Source: Nemertoderma westbladi (lineage: Eukaryota > Animalia > Xenacoelomorpha). From it: DNA of 64,000 nucleotides. Shown here one piece after another: positions 11,281 through 25,500 of the stretch (positions are counted from its first letter, which is position 1; every line of letters begins with the position of its first letter). Location: NCBI GenBank assembly GCA_032718475.1, contig JAUCBJ010008603.1, positions 11,643-75,642 of the forward strand, read 5' to 3'. Under the pieces are notes generated by a model. It had not been told where the DNA came from. It saw only the letters and a program-made list of their open reading frames with translations, and searched no databases. Position numbers and translations under genes: made by a program.

Positions 11281-13386
11281 GTTGGTTCGACAAGTAAACA
11301 TTTATTTTTATCAAATTTTCTGGCAACCATACAAATATATTCAAAATTCGATGTAGATTCCAAAGGCGCAAATTTTTCAAAATTTGGCCCATTTTTTGTT
11401 CGTTTGAAATTTTTCTCCACCTCTTTGAAATTCCGAAAATCCCGCTGACATCACCTGACCCTAATCCCTAATCACCTGACCCTAATCACCTGACCCTAAT
11501 CCCTAATCACCTGACCCTAATCCCTAATCACCTGACCCTAATCCCTAATCACCTGACCCTAATCCCTAATCACCTGACCCTAATCCCTATTCACCTGACC
11601 CTAATCCCTAATCACCTGACCATAATCCCTAATCACCTGACCCTAATCCCTAATCACCTGACCCTAATCCCTAATCACCTGACCCTAATCCCTAATCACC
11701 TGACCCTAATCCCTAATCACCTGACCCTAATCCCTAATCACCTGACCCTAATCACCTGACCCTAATCCTTCAAAACTTAATTAATCATTAATGAATCACC
11801 TTTTATATTGGATCTTTGATTTCCAGATCAGTTTACACCTTTCGCGATATTGCGGAGGTCATTTTATTCATGTTACTTTTTCTCGAGATCTGTAAATCCA
11901 ATTGCCATGACATTTTAGACCCTTATACAGAATTTCGAGCTGTACAAGTCTCTTCGAGCAGTACAAGTGGAACCTCATCAAATATTGCAAGAGTGGCCTA
12001 TGGGAACATTTTTTGAAAAAAAAACTTTTTTTCATAAATGGGCAATTCCATGGTATCGGACGTTACGGACATTCTCGATTTTTGAATGTTTTTCTTTAAA
12101 TTTACGTTTAAATTATTTATTTATTTAATTTATTTATAAATCTTTCAGAATATCGCAAATACCCTGCATTGGGAAACATTAGGCCTATTCTTCTTAAACA
12201 GTTGACTTTTAAAAAGGTGTCGGACTTTACAAAAATAGGACACTTTTTATTGTACATATTTTACTTTTGATTGCAATTAATGCCGAAGACTGGGTATGTT
12301 ATTATTTTTGGGCTCAAAATGTAGCTCAACTATTCTATTTTTCGCAGATCTTTTGAAGCCAACATTTGCAATTCAAAGTTGTGCGGAATGGCGTCGGACG
12401 TTACGTGTTGGACGTTACATAAAACTGAGCAATATTTAGCCACCTCTGTCGGCTTTATTTTTCGTCTTGGGAATGTACTCTAGATATCATTAGAACCGCC
12501 TTCATCTGCAGATTCCGAATCTGAAAACCGTTTTAATTTTCACCAATAATTGCTAAGGTGTAAATTTTGAGTCGAAAATCGCAATTATTGAAACCTATGT
12601 TTATTTAGTTATGCATTTTACACTATACACTGCAATTTAGACTTTAAATACATTAAATAATAATAGTGTCGGACGTTACAATGTGTCGGACGTTACAATG
12701 TGTCGGACGTTACAAACTTCATTCACTGAAATCACAGCCTTTATGGTAGCCTGGAGTGCTGTAAATGGCACAAGAGACGCCATCTTATGTCGGCATTGAG
12801 TCATTTTAATTTCGATATGGTTTGCCAAACAATAGAGAAGTAATTGAGAAAAAATGTAAAAAAAAAGTGTCGGACGTTACAATTGGGTACAGGTAGCTTT
12901 TAATGCTTATTGTATGAGAAGCGTTCTATGTTTATGGCGTAGAACTACAGTACCTCATTGGAACGTGCATTTAAGGCTGAGCTGATTACAATGATACCAA
13001 GGATATATTGATAAACAGTAAAAAAATATTTCGCCTTGAATTTTGGTATTTTTTACGTGTTTTATGTTTTTTCTTGACGATGGTCGATATAATCGCAAAA
13101 TTTCCTATTTTATACCCTCAAATCAATGTAAATTTTGTCAAATTCGAAAAATTTATGAAATTTTACCCAATAAATCATGACATATTATTGTTTATTTTTT
13201 AAAGTTTCATTTTTTTCATTTCATTTCCCATTTTCTGTGGAAATGCCCAAATGCTTACTAATTTTTGAATGCTGTTTGGCAATCAGATCATGGGATTATG
13301 ACTTTTGGCATCTACATCGAATTTTGAATGTATTGGGATGGTCTCCAGAAAATGTTAAAAAATGTTTACTTGTCGAACCACCTTAA
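11281..13386. mobile_element. Non-autonomous DNA transposon with 21-bp terminal inverted repeats (right end flanked by TTAA)
   Basis: tggttcgacaagtaaacattt (11283-11303) is the reverse complement of aaatgtttacttgtcgaacca (13360-13380). Internal gtcggacgttac motifs are repeated and there is no transposase ORF. Confidence 0.6.
11449..11767. repeat. 21-bp telomere-like minisatellite (ccctaatccctaatcacctga), ~15 copies
   Basis: Direct tandem repeat. The minus strand contains TTAGGG twice per unit. Confidence 0.9.
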
Positions 13387-13401
13387 TTAGTCCATCATTT
13401 A

Positions 13402-14064
13402 TCAATCTCCTTGCCAACCAACATTCTGTCCGTGTTTTACATTATCCTCCTTCAGCCAGTCGTGTAGCGGCTTGAAGTATTTCAACATTCCGTCCGCCGA
13501 TATCTTCCGGTTACCGGTAAACTTCTCCAGAACGTCGGGCCATGGTTTACTGCTGCCCATCGCCAAGATCTCCTCGAACTTCTTTCCCGCCGGTTTGTTG
13601 TTGAAGAAGTCGCAGCGATGGAGTTCGTCAGTGTGGCCGGCTTTATCGCAGAGAGTCTCGTAGAACTGAAACTGAAGAACAAAGGAGAAGAAGTAGCGGA
13701 TGTAGGGGACACCGGCGGGAACGTGGTACTTAGATCCCGCGTCGAAATCCTTATCGGTTCGTTTCACAGGGGGTTTTATTCCCTGGTACTTGGTCCGGAG
13801 TTGCCACCACTTTGTGTTGTAGAGTTCAGGTGGCGTCGATCCGTCAAACACGGACCAACGCCACAGGTCTACGAGCATCCCAAAGGGGAGGAATGCCACT
13901 TTGTGTAGGGCTCTTTCCATAAGGTAGTTGATTGAGCTCTCTCGTGATTGGGTGTAGCTAGGCAACAGGCCGATGGTTTTCAGATGGTCCGGCGTTACCA
14001 CACTCAGGGCTATTGTGTCGCCTACTGCCTCATGGAAGCCCGGATTTGCGCCGCCACGAAAAAC
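13402..14064 (-). CDS. ACE: ACE exon 6 (terminal): VFRGGANPGFHEAVGD...VGWQGD*
   Basis: ttcag|GTT acceptor. Peptidase M2 motifs GANPGFHEAVGD, KYHVP, YIRYF and LQFQFY. No transmembrane tail. Confidence 0.96.
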   Translation of the reverse strand, partial: VFRGGANPGFHEAVGDTIALSVVTPDHLKTIGLLPSYTQSRESSINYLMERALHKVAFLPFGMLVDLWRWSVFDGSTPPELYNTKWWQLRTKYQGIKPPVKRTDKDFDAGSKYHVPAGVPYIRYFFSFVLQFQFYETLCDKAGHTDELHRCDFFNNKPAGKKFEEILAMGSSKPWPDVLEKFTGNRKISADGMLKYFKPLHDWLKEDNVKHGQNVGWQGD

Positions 14065-14249
14065 CTGAAAAAGATACGTAAACATTTAATGGACAAAAAT
14101 GCAGCCATCGAGATTGTGCTGTGTGAAAGATTCACCTAATTTGCTCAGACCTACCCAACCACCACTTGGGGTGTAAAGTACACCAATCACACTCATATTA
14201 TTGAGGTCTGTAGGCCAAATAATACCTACAATCATCACACTACTACAGT

Positions 14250-16265
14250 ACTATCGGTATGGTGCATTGCAGCTGCATTATATATATATAATGCAGCTGC
14301 AATGCTGCATTATCATGGTTAGATTAATTAATAACAATTTTTTAACTTTATCTCATACTATAAGCATAAATTTACCATCACTCCATCGGTAGACTGGTAG
14401 CTTATAATGTAGGATGGTTGAATTATCAAATGTAAACAGAGACTTGGTAATATATATGTGCATATTATAACCACCTATTGGACCTAACCTGCGCCAGGTT
14501 CGAACCCTACAATATATTTTTACCCAAGGTATCAATTTCAATACTTTGACACGGTCTATTAACCCTTCGGCTCTTTCGACCTTTTGACACGCCAATTCGA
14601 GGTTTCGACCCTTTTGACCAGCAGAAACGGATACTGTTTCTACTGCTGCCCTAAATAATCGGACCTTGAGATTCCGTTTTTTTCTATGGGACTTCAAAAT
14701 CCTGGAAAGTTTATCCAAGTTTATCCGTTCCCTTGCGTATTCCAAGGTCCTCACATGACCTCCGGATCTATGATCCCAAGCGAACAAGATGTCCACATGC
14801 TCAAGCATACCATGTTTTGAGATTATGCTCATACGATCAGACAATTCCTGGGGGCTGTCGAAGATCTCTGTAAAAATTGTGTTCTTCTTTGTTTACAAAA
14901 AGACAAACTCAATATGCAGCCTTTTCTATTGAGCTGGAGAACAGTTTGGCTCCTTGTAGTTATTCTGACAGGACTCGTAAATCTATCAGCCAAGTCTAGA
15001 TCGGTAAAAAGGTGCTTAGCTTGATTTCCTCTACCAGTAGGGGGCGTTACCATCACCCCACCTTTATTAACATGGTCTAAGGACATGCGTAGAACATAGT
15101 CAACCACAATTATGAATAAGAATGGTGCAAGAACACTCCCTTAAGACTTCGAATGGATCTGTTTCACCATCAGCAGTAGACACAAGTGGTGGAACCTTCC
15201 TACAGTGTGATCTGATAGCTACAATAATTTCCTAGGAATCCCATATATCTCAAAAATTCCATTTTACCCTTCTGGAGGACAGTGAGGGGGTATACGATCT
15301 GCAAACACTCAGGAACTTTAAAATCCGCAGGGGGGGGATACCATCTAACGATCTACTCCAGTGGCACAATTGGTCATAATGCCTTCGGCAAAGGAGATAT
15401 CAACGTGGGCCTTCCAACCTTTAGGCGTTCAGCTGGTTCCTCCCAGTCAGCATGGTGGTGATCGATCGACATTCCTGGGCTGATTGCCTGCTATCATCGG
15501 CATTGTTAATGACATCAACCTGCTTATTGATAAGCTGCTTCAGATTATCAGAGTATTCCTGAGGGACCTAGATGCTGCCTTAACTGCATTCTTGGCTGTC
15601 GTGTGCCCGAGTCGGCTGGACTAATTCTGCGCCTTAGAGAGAGAGGTCTTTTCGGCACTTCCGAATTTTGTGGTCAGTCCAGGGGGCCCTTTTCCTGTTT
15701 CGAGGGTATACAGGAACTGTTTCTGCAGCTGCTAACTTAACTGCTTCTGTGAAGGCAGTGCCCGAGACGGCTGGACTAATTCTGCGCCTTAGAGAGAGAG
15801 GTCTTTTCGGCACTTCCGAATTTTGTGGTCAGTCCAGGGGGCCCTTTTCCTGTTTCGAGGGTATACAGGAACTGTTTCTGCAGCTGCTAACTTAACTGCT
15901 TCTGTGAAGGCAGTATAGCTCTCGCAGTGTTTGCCGCATCATCGACGAGAGCCTCATACCTGTTGCTCAGATGTAGTGTAGAGCTGGATAACACTGGGCT
16001 GTTGCAACAGAGAGGACCAATCATGCTGTGGCAATCCAGGAAAGTTTAGAATGCATGCTGATCCACCCCATCAGTAGCTGCTTGTATATTGTGACAGAAA
16101 TGTTCTACCTCCTCTACTGGGGCAACACTAGTTGGAGAATAGCACACAATCAGAACCCACCTTAGGAAACTTCTTAGCCAGTCTTCCAGAACATGATGAG
16201 TGGCAACGGATGATGCTATTTTGTCCACTGCTGATGTATGTGCAGTTGGATTAATCAATAGTCCA
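14250..16265 (-). mobile_element. Degenerate RTE LINE in ACE intron 5, same family as 55553-56980, with an internal ~155-bp tandem duplication (15603-15914)
   Basis: Shares peptides VDYVLRMSLDH, SDRMSI and LKVRLFRAAV, and the 3' tail aatgcagctgcaatgca.cat.ccgat, with the 55.5-kb copy. Endonuclease remnant IVCYSPT near 16130. Confidence 0.85.
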
Positions 16266-16293
16266 CACCCACCCAATCTCCAATCACACTCAC

Positions 16294-16546
16294 CATAGGT
16301 TGGGGTCTGTAGGCCAAATAATACTGACAATGACCCATTTCGTGGTGGATTGTCTCTAAGTTCTTCTGATTAACGGATCCACACATCATTATCCTAACGT
16401 CTCCCTTTGCCGTTAGATCGAAGGCGGATGCATGGCAGACCATATCAACCCCTTCCGGTTTCTCCATTATCGTATAATTCCAGAACTCCGGGGTCATCTT
16501 AGGCATTCCTATAGACTGGTAGAACTCATCCGACAGTTCGAACATT
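16294..16546 (-). CDS. ACE: ACE exon 5 with the zinc-binding HEMGH motif
   Basis: aatag|A acceptor and ATG|gtgagt donor. Contains VCHASAFD and TIHHEMGHCQYY. Confidence 0.96.
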
Positions 16547-16573
16547 CTATTGGAGAAAATGTTTCAGATTTTT

Positions 16574-19500
16574 CAAACTTACTTGTGTATAGTTACCAAA
16601 CTTACTTGTGTTCCGTAATCAAATTTGTGTACCGTTGACAAACTTACATGTGTAACCGGTACCAAACTTAATTGTGTACAGTAAACCAAATTTGTGTATC
16701 ATTTGCAAACTTACTTGTGTACTGTATCTAAACTTGTGAACCGTTACCAAACTTACTTGTGTATAGTTACCAAACTTACTTGTGTATAGTTACCAAACTT
16801 ACTTGTGTATAGTTACCAAACTTACTTATGTATAGTTACCAAACATTTACTTGTGTACCGTAACCAAACTTACTTGTGTACCGTAACCAAACTTACTTGT
16901 GTACCGTTACCAAACTTACTTGTGTACCGTTACCAAACTTACTGTGTACCGTAACCAAACTTACTTGTGTACCGTTGCGTTACCAAACTTACTTGTGCAC
17001 CGTAACCAAACTTACTTGTGTACCGTAACCAAACTTACTTGTGTACCGTAACCAAACTTACTTGTGTACCGTAACCAAACTTACTTGTGAACCGTTACAA
17101 AACTTACTTGTGTATACCGTTACCAAACTTACTTGTGAACCGTTACCAAACTTACTTGTGTACCGTTACCAAACTTACTTGTGTACCGTTACCAAACTTA
17201 CTTGTGAACCGTTACCAAACTTACTTGTGTATAGTTACCAAACTTACTTGTGTATAGTTACCAAATTTACTTGTGTATAGTTACCAAACTGACTTGTGTA
17301 TAGTTACCAAACTTACTTGTGTATAGTTACCAAACTTACTTATGTATAGTTCCCAAACTTTTACTTGTGTACCGTAACCAAACTTACTTGTGTATAGTTG
17401 CCAAACTTGTTTGTGTTCCGTAATCAAATTTGTGTACCGTTACCAAACTTACTTGTGTACCGTAACCAAACTTACTTGTGTACCGTAACCAAACTTACTT
17501 GTGTACCGTTACCAAACTTACTTGTGTACCGTTACCAAACTTACTTGTGTACCGTTGCGTTACCAAACTTACTTGTGCACCGTTACCAAACTTACTTGTG
17601 TACCGTAACCAAACTTACTTGTGAACCGTTACCAAACTTACTTGTGCACCGTAACCAAACTTACTTGTGTACCATTACCAAACTTACTTGTGTACCGTTA
17701 CCAAACTTACTTGTGTACCGTTACCAAACTTACTTGTGTACCGTTACCAAACTTACTTGTGTACCGTTGCGTTACCAAACGTACTCGTGTACCATAACCA
17801 AACTTACTTGTGTACCGTAACCAAACTTACTTGTGCACCGTAACCAAACTTACTTGTGTACTGTAACCAAACTTACTTGTGTACCGTAACCAAACTTACT
17901 TGTGTACCGTAACCAAACTTACTTGTGTACCGTAACCAAACTTACTTGTGCACCGTAACCAAACTTACTTGTGAACCGTTACCAAACTTACTTGTATACC
18001 GTAACCAAACTTACTTGTGTACCATTACCAAACGTACTCGTGTACCATAACCAAACTTACTTGTGTACCGTAACCAAACTTACTTGTGTACCGTAACCAA
18101 ACTTACTTGTGTACTGTAACCAAACTTACTTGTGTACCGTAACCAAACTTACTTGTGCACCGTAACCAAACTTACTTGTGAACCGTTACCAAACTTACTT
18201 GTGTACCGTAACCAAACTTACTTGTGCACCGTAACCAAACTTACTTGTGAACCGTTACCAAACTTACTTGTGCACCGTAACCAAACTTACTTGTGTACCA
18301 TTACCAAACTTACTTGTGTACCGTAACCAAACTTACTTGTGTACTGTAACCAAACTTACTTGTGTACCGTAACCAAACTTACTTGTGCACCGTAACCAAA
18401 CTTACTTGTGAACCGTAACCAAACTTACTTGTGCACCGTAACCAAACTTACTTGTGAACCGTTACCAAACTTACTTGTGTACCGTAACCAAACTTACTTG
18501 TATACCGTAACCAAACTTACTTGTGTACCATTACCAAACGTACTCGTGTACCATAACCAAACTTACTTGTGTACCGTAACCAAACTTACTTGTGTACCGT
18601 AACCAAACTTACTTGTGTACTGTAACCAAACTTACTTGTGTACCGTAACCAAACTTACTTGTGCACCGTAACCAAACTTACTTGTGAACCGTTACCAAAC
18701 TTACTTGTGTACCGTAACCAAACTTACTTGTGCACCGTAACCAAACTTACTTGTGAACCGTTACCAAACTTACTTGTGTACCGTAACCAAACTTACTTGT
18801 GCACCGTAACCAAACTTACTTGTGAACCGTTACCAAACTTACTTGTGTACCGTAACCAAACTTAATTGTATACCGTAACCAAACTTACTTGTGTACCATT
18901 ACCAAACGTACTCGTGTACCATAACCAAACTTACTTGTGTACCGTAACCAAACTTACTTGTGTACCGTAACCAAACTTACTTGTGTACTGTAACCAAACT
19001 TACTTGTGTACCGTAACCAAACTTACTTGTGCACCGTAACCAAACTTACTTGTGAACCGTTACCAAACTTACTTGTGTACCGTAACCAAACTTACTTGTG
19101 CACCGTAACCAAACTTACTTGTGAACCGTTACCAAACTTACTTGTGCACCGTAACCAAACTTACTTGTGTACCATTACCAAACTTACTTGTGCACCGTTA
19201 CCAAACTTACTTGTGTACCGTTACCAAACTTACTTGTGTACCGTTACCAAACTTACTTGTGTACCGTTGCGTTACGAAACTTACTTGTGCACTGTAACCA
19301 AACTTACTTGTGCACCGTAACCAAACTTACTTGTGAACCGTTACCAAACTTACTTGTGCACCGTAACCAAACTTACTTGTGCACTGTAACCAAACTTACT
19401 TGTGCACCGTAACCAAACTTACTTGTGAACCGTTACCAAACTTACTTGTGCACCGTAACCAAACTTACTTGTGTACCATTACCAAACTTACTTGTGCACC

Positions 19501-22500
19501 GTTACCAAACTTACTTGTGTACCGTTACCAAACTTACTTGTGCACCGTTACCAAACTTACTTGTGCACCGTTACCAAACTTACTTGCGTACCGTTACCAA
19601 ACTTACTTGTGTACCAAAACCAAACTTACTTGTGTACCGTTGCGTTACCAAACGTACTTGTGTACCGTAACCAAACTTACTTGTGCACCGTAACCAAACT
19701 TACTTGTGAACCGTTACCAAACTTACTTGTATACCGTAACCAAACTTACTTGTGTACCATTACCAAACGTACTCGTGTACCATAACCAAACTTACTTGTG
19801 TACCGTAACCAAACTTACTTGTGTACCATTACCAAACGTACTCGTGTACCATAACCAAACTTACTTGTGTACCGTAACCAAACTTACTTGTGTACCGTAA
19901 CCAAACTTACTTGTGTACTGTAACCAAACTTACTTGTGTACCGTAACCAAACTTACTTGTGCACCGTAACCAAACTTACTTGTGAACCGTTACCAAACTT
20001 ACTTGTGAACCGTTACCAAACTTACTTGTGCACCGTAACCAAACTTACTTGTGTACCATTACCAAACTTACTTGTGTACCGTTACCAAACTTACTTGTGT
20101 ACCGTTACCAAACTTACTTGTGTACCGTTACCAAACTTACTTGTGTACCGTTGCGTTACCAAACGTACTCGTGTACCATAACCAAACTTACTTGTGTACC
20201 GTAACCAAACTTACTTGTGCACCGTAACCAAACTTACTTGTGTACTGTAACCAAACTTACTTGTGTACCGTAACCAAACTTACTTGTGTACCGTAACCAA
20301 ACTTACTTGTGTACCGTAACCAAACTTACTTGTGCACCGTAACCAAACTTACTTGTGAACCGTTACCAAACTTACTTGTATACCGTAACCAAACTTACTT
20401 GTGTACCATTACCAAACGTACTCGTGTACCATAACCAAACTTACTTGTGTACCGTAACCAAACTTACTTGTGTACCGTAACCAAACTTACTTGTGTACTG
20501 TAACCAAACTTACTTGTGTACCGTAACCAAACTTACTTGTGCACCGTAACCAAACTTACTTGTGAACCGTTACCAAACTTACTTGTGTACCGTAACCAAA
20601 CTTACTTGTGCACCGTAACCAAACTTACTTGTGAACCGTTACCAAACTTACTTGTGCACCGTAACCAAACTTACTTGTGTACCATTACCAAACTTACTTG
20701 TGTACCGTAACCAAACTTACTTGTGTACTGTAACCAAACTTACTTGTGTACCGTAACCAAACTTACTTGTGCACCGTAACCAAACTTACTTGTGAACCGT
20801 AACCAAACTTACTTGTGCACCGTAACCAAACTTACTTGTGAACCGTTACCAAACTTACTTGTGTACCGTAACCAAACTTACTTGTATACCGTAACCAAAC
20901 TTACTTGTGTACCATTACCAAACGTACTCGTGTACCATAACCAAACTTACTTGTGTACCGTAACCAAACTTACTTGTGTACCGTAACCAAACTTACTTGT
21001 GTACTGTAACCAAACTTACTTGTGTACCGTAACCAAACTTACTTGTGCACCGTAACCAAACTTACTTGTGAACCGTTACCAAACTTACTTGTGTACCGTA
21101 ACCAAACTTACTTGTGCACCGTAACCAAACTTACTTGTGAACCGTTACCAAACTTACTTGTGTACCGTAACCAAACTTACTTGTGCACCGTAACCAAACT
21201 TACTTGTGAACCGTTACCAAACTTACTTGTGTACCGTAACCAAACTTAATTGTATACCGTAACCAAACTTACTTGTGTACCATTACCAAACGTACTCGTG
21301 TACCATAACCAAACTTACTTGTGTACCGTAACCAAACTTACTTGTGTACCGTAACCAAACTTACTTGTGTACTGTAACCAAACTTACTTGTGTACCGTAA
21401 CCAAACTTACTTGTGCACCGTAACCAAACTTACTTGTGAACCGTTACCAAACTTACTTGTGTACCGTAACCAAACTTACTTGTGCACCGTAACCAAACTT
21501 ACTTGTGCACCGTAACCAAACTTACTTGTGTACCATTACCAAACTTACTTGTGCACCGTTACCAAACTTACTTGTGTACCGTTACCAAACTTACTTGTGT
21601 ACCGTTACCAAACTTACTTGTGTACCGTTGCGTTACGAAACTTACTTGTGCACTGTAACCAAACTTACTTGTGCACCGTAACCAAACTTACTTGTGAACC
21701 GTTACCAAACTTACTTGTGCACCGTAACCAAACTTACTTGTGCACTGTAACCAAACTTACTTGTGCACCGTAACCAAACTTACTTGTGAACCGTTACCAA
21801 ACTTACTTGTGCACCGTAACCAAACTTACTTGTGTACCATTACCAAACTTACTTGTGCACCGTTACCAAACTTACTTGTGTACCGTTACCAAACTTACTT
21901 GTGCACCGTTACCAAACTTACTTGTGCACCGTTACCAAACTTACTTGCGTACCGTTACCAAACTTACTTGTGTACCAAAACCAAACTTACTTGTGTACCG
22001 TTGCGTTACCAAACGTACTTGTGTACCGTAACCAAACTTACTTGTGCACCGTAACCAAACTTACTTGTGAACCGTTACCAAACTTACTTGTATACCGTAA
22101 CCAAACTTACTTGTGTACCATTACCAAACGTACTCGTGTACCATAACCAAACTTACTTGTGTACCGTAACCAAACTTACTTGTGTACCGTAACCAAACTT
22201 ACTTGTGTACTGTAACCAAACTTACTTGTGTACCGTAACCAAACTTACTTGTGTACCATTACCAAACGTACTCGTGTACCATAACCAAACTTACTTGTGT
22301 ACCGTAACCAAACTTACTTGTGTACCGTAACCAAACTTACTTGTGTACTGTAACCAAACTTACTTGTGTACCGTAACCAAACTTACTTGTGCACCGTAAC
22401 CAAACTTACTTGTGAACCGTTACCAAACTTACTTGTGAACCGTTACCAAACTTACTTGTGCACCGTAACCAAACTTACTTGTGTACCATTACCAAACTTA

Positions 22501-25500
22501 CTTGTGTACCGTTACCAAACTTACTTGTGTACCGTTACCAAACTTACTTGTGTACCGTTACCAAACTTACTTGTGTACCGTTGCGTTACCAAACGTACTC
22601 GTGTACCATAACCAAACTTACTTGTGTACCGTAACCAAACTTACTTGTGCACCGTAACCAAACTTACTTGTGTACTGTAACCAAACTTACTTGTGTACCG
22701 TAACCAAACTTACTTGTGTACCGTAACCAAACTTACTTGTGTACCGTAACCAAACTTACTTGTGCACCGTAACCAAACTTACTTGTGAACCGTTACCAAA
22801 CTTACTTGTATACCGTAACCAAACTTACTTGTGTACCATTACCAAACGTACTCGTGTACCATAACCAAACTTACTTGTGTACCGTAACCAAACTTACTTG
22901 TGTACCGTAACCAAACTTACTTGTGTACTGTAACCAAACTTACTTGTGTACCGTAACCAAACTTACTTGTGCACCGTAACCAAACTTACTTGTGAACCGT
23001 TACCAAACTTACTTGTGTACCGTAACCAAACTTACTTGTGCACCGTAACCAAACTTACTTGTGAACCGTTACCAAACTTACTTGTGCACCGTAACCAAAC
23101 TTACTTGTGTACCATTACCAAACTTACTTGTGTACCGTAACCAAACTTACTTGTGTACTGTAACCAAACTTACTTGTGTACCGTAACCAAACTTACTTGT
23201 GCACCGTAACCAAACTTACTTGTGAACCGTAACCAAACTTACTTGTGCACCGTAACCAAACTTACTTGTGAACCGTTACCAAACTTACTTGTGTACCGTA
23301 ACCAAACTTACTTGTATACCGTAACCAAACTTACTTGTGTACCATTACCAAACGTACTCGTGTACCATAACCAAACTTACTTGTGTACCGTAACCAAACT
23401 TACTTGTGTACCGTAACCAAACTTACTTGTGTACTGTAACCAAACTTACTTGTGTACCGTAACCAAACTTACTTGTGCACCGTAACCAAACTTACTTGTG
23501 AACCGTTACCAAACTTACTTGTGTACCGTAACCAAACTTACTTGTGCACCGTAACCAAACTTACTTGTGAACCGTTACCAAACTTACTTGTGTACCGTAA
23601 CCAAACTTACTTGTGCACCGTAACCAAACTTACTTGTGAACCGTTACCAAACTTACTTGTGTACCGTAACCAAACTTAATTGTATACCGTAACCAAACTT
23701 ACTTGTGTACCATTACCAAACGTACTCGTGTACCATAACCAAACTTACTTGTGTACCGTAACCAAACTTACTTGTGTACCGTAACCAAACTTACTTGTGT
23801 ACTGTAACCAAACTTACTTGTGTACCGTAACCAAACTTACTTGTGCACCGTAACCAAACTTACTTGTGAACCGTTACCAAACTTACTTGTGTACCGTAAC
23901 CAAACTTACTTGTGCACCGAAACCAAACTTACTTGTGCACCGTAACCAAACTTACTTGTGTACCATTACCAAACTTACTTGTGCACCGTTACCAAACTTA
24001 CTTGTGTACCGTTACCAAACTTACTTGTGTACCGTTACCAAACTTACTTGTGTACCGTTGCGTTACGAAACTTACTTGTGCACTGTAACCAAACTTACTT
24101 GTGCACCGTAACCAAACTTACTTGTGAACCGTTACCAAACTTACTTGTGCACCGTAACCAAACTTACTTGTGCACTGTAACCAAACTTACTTGTGCACCG
24201 TAACCAAACTTACTTGTGAACCGTTACCAAACTTACTTGTGCACCGTAACCAAACTTACTTGTGTACCATTACCAAACTTACTTGTGCACCGTTACCAAA
24301 CTTACTTGTGTACCGTTACCAAACTTACTTGTGCACCGTTACCAAACTTACTTGTGCACCGTTACCAAACTTACTTGCGTACCGTTACCAAACTTACTTG
24401 TGTACCAAAACCAAACTTACTTGTGTACCGTTGCGTTACCAAACGTACTTGTGTACCGTAACCAAACTTACTTGTGCACCGTAACCAAACTTACTTGTGA
24501 ACCGTTACCAAACTTACTTGTATACCGTAACCAAACTTACTTGTGTACCATTACCAAACGTACTCGTGTACCATAACCAAACTTACTTGTGTACCGTAAC
24601 CAAACTTACTTGTGTACCGTAACCAAACTTACTTGTGTACTGTAACCAAACTTACTTGTGTACCGTAACCAAACTTACTTGTGCACCGTAACCAAACTTA
24701 CTTGTGAACCGTTACCAAACTTACTTGTGTACCGTAACCAAACTTACTTGTGCACCGTAACCAAACTTACTTGTGAACCGTTACCAAACTTACTTGTGCA
24801 CCGTAACCAAACTTACTTGTGTACCATTACCAAACTTACTTGTGCACCGTTACCAAACTTACTTGTGTACCGTTACCAAACTTACTTGTGAACCGTTACC
24901 AAACTTACTTGTGTACCGTTGCGTTACGAAACTTACTTGTGCACTGTAACCAAACTTACTTGTGTACCGTTGCGTTACGAAACTTACTTGAGTACTGTAA
25001 CCAAACTTACTTGTGTACCGTAACCAAACTTACTTGTGCACCGTAACCAAACTTACTTGTGCACCGTAACCAAACTTACTTGTGTACCGTTACCAAACTT
25101 ACTTGTGTACCGTTACCAAACTTACTTGTGTACCGTAACCAAACTTACTTGTGCACCGTAACCAAACGTACTCGTGTACCATAACCAAACTTACTTGTGT
25201 ACCGTAACCAAACTTACTTGTGTACCGTAACCAAACTTACTTGTGTACTGTAACCAAACTTACTTGTGTACCGTAACCAAACTTACTTGTGCACCGTAAC
25301 CAAACTTACTTGTGAACCGTTACCAAACTTACTTGTGTACCGTAACCAAACTTACTTGTGCACCGTAACCAAACTTACTTGTGAACCGTTACCAAACTTA
25401 CTTGTGCACCGTAACCAAACTTACTTGTGTACCATTACCAAACTAACTTGTGCACCGTTACCAAACTTACTTGTGTACCGTTACCAAACTTACTTGTGAA

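Noticed and set aside
11449-11767. True or interstitial telomere
   Set aside because: It is a 21-bp composite unit rather than pure (TTAGGG)n, and it lies inside a TIR element.
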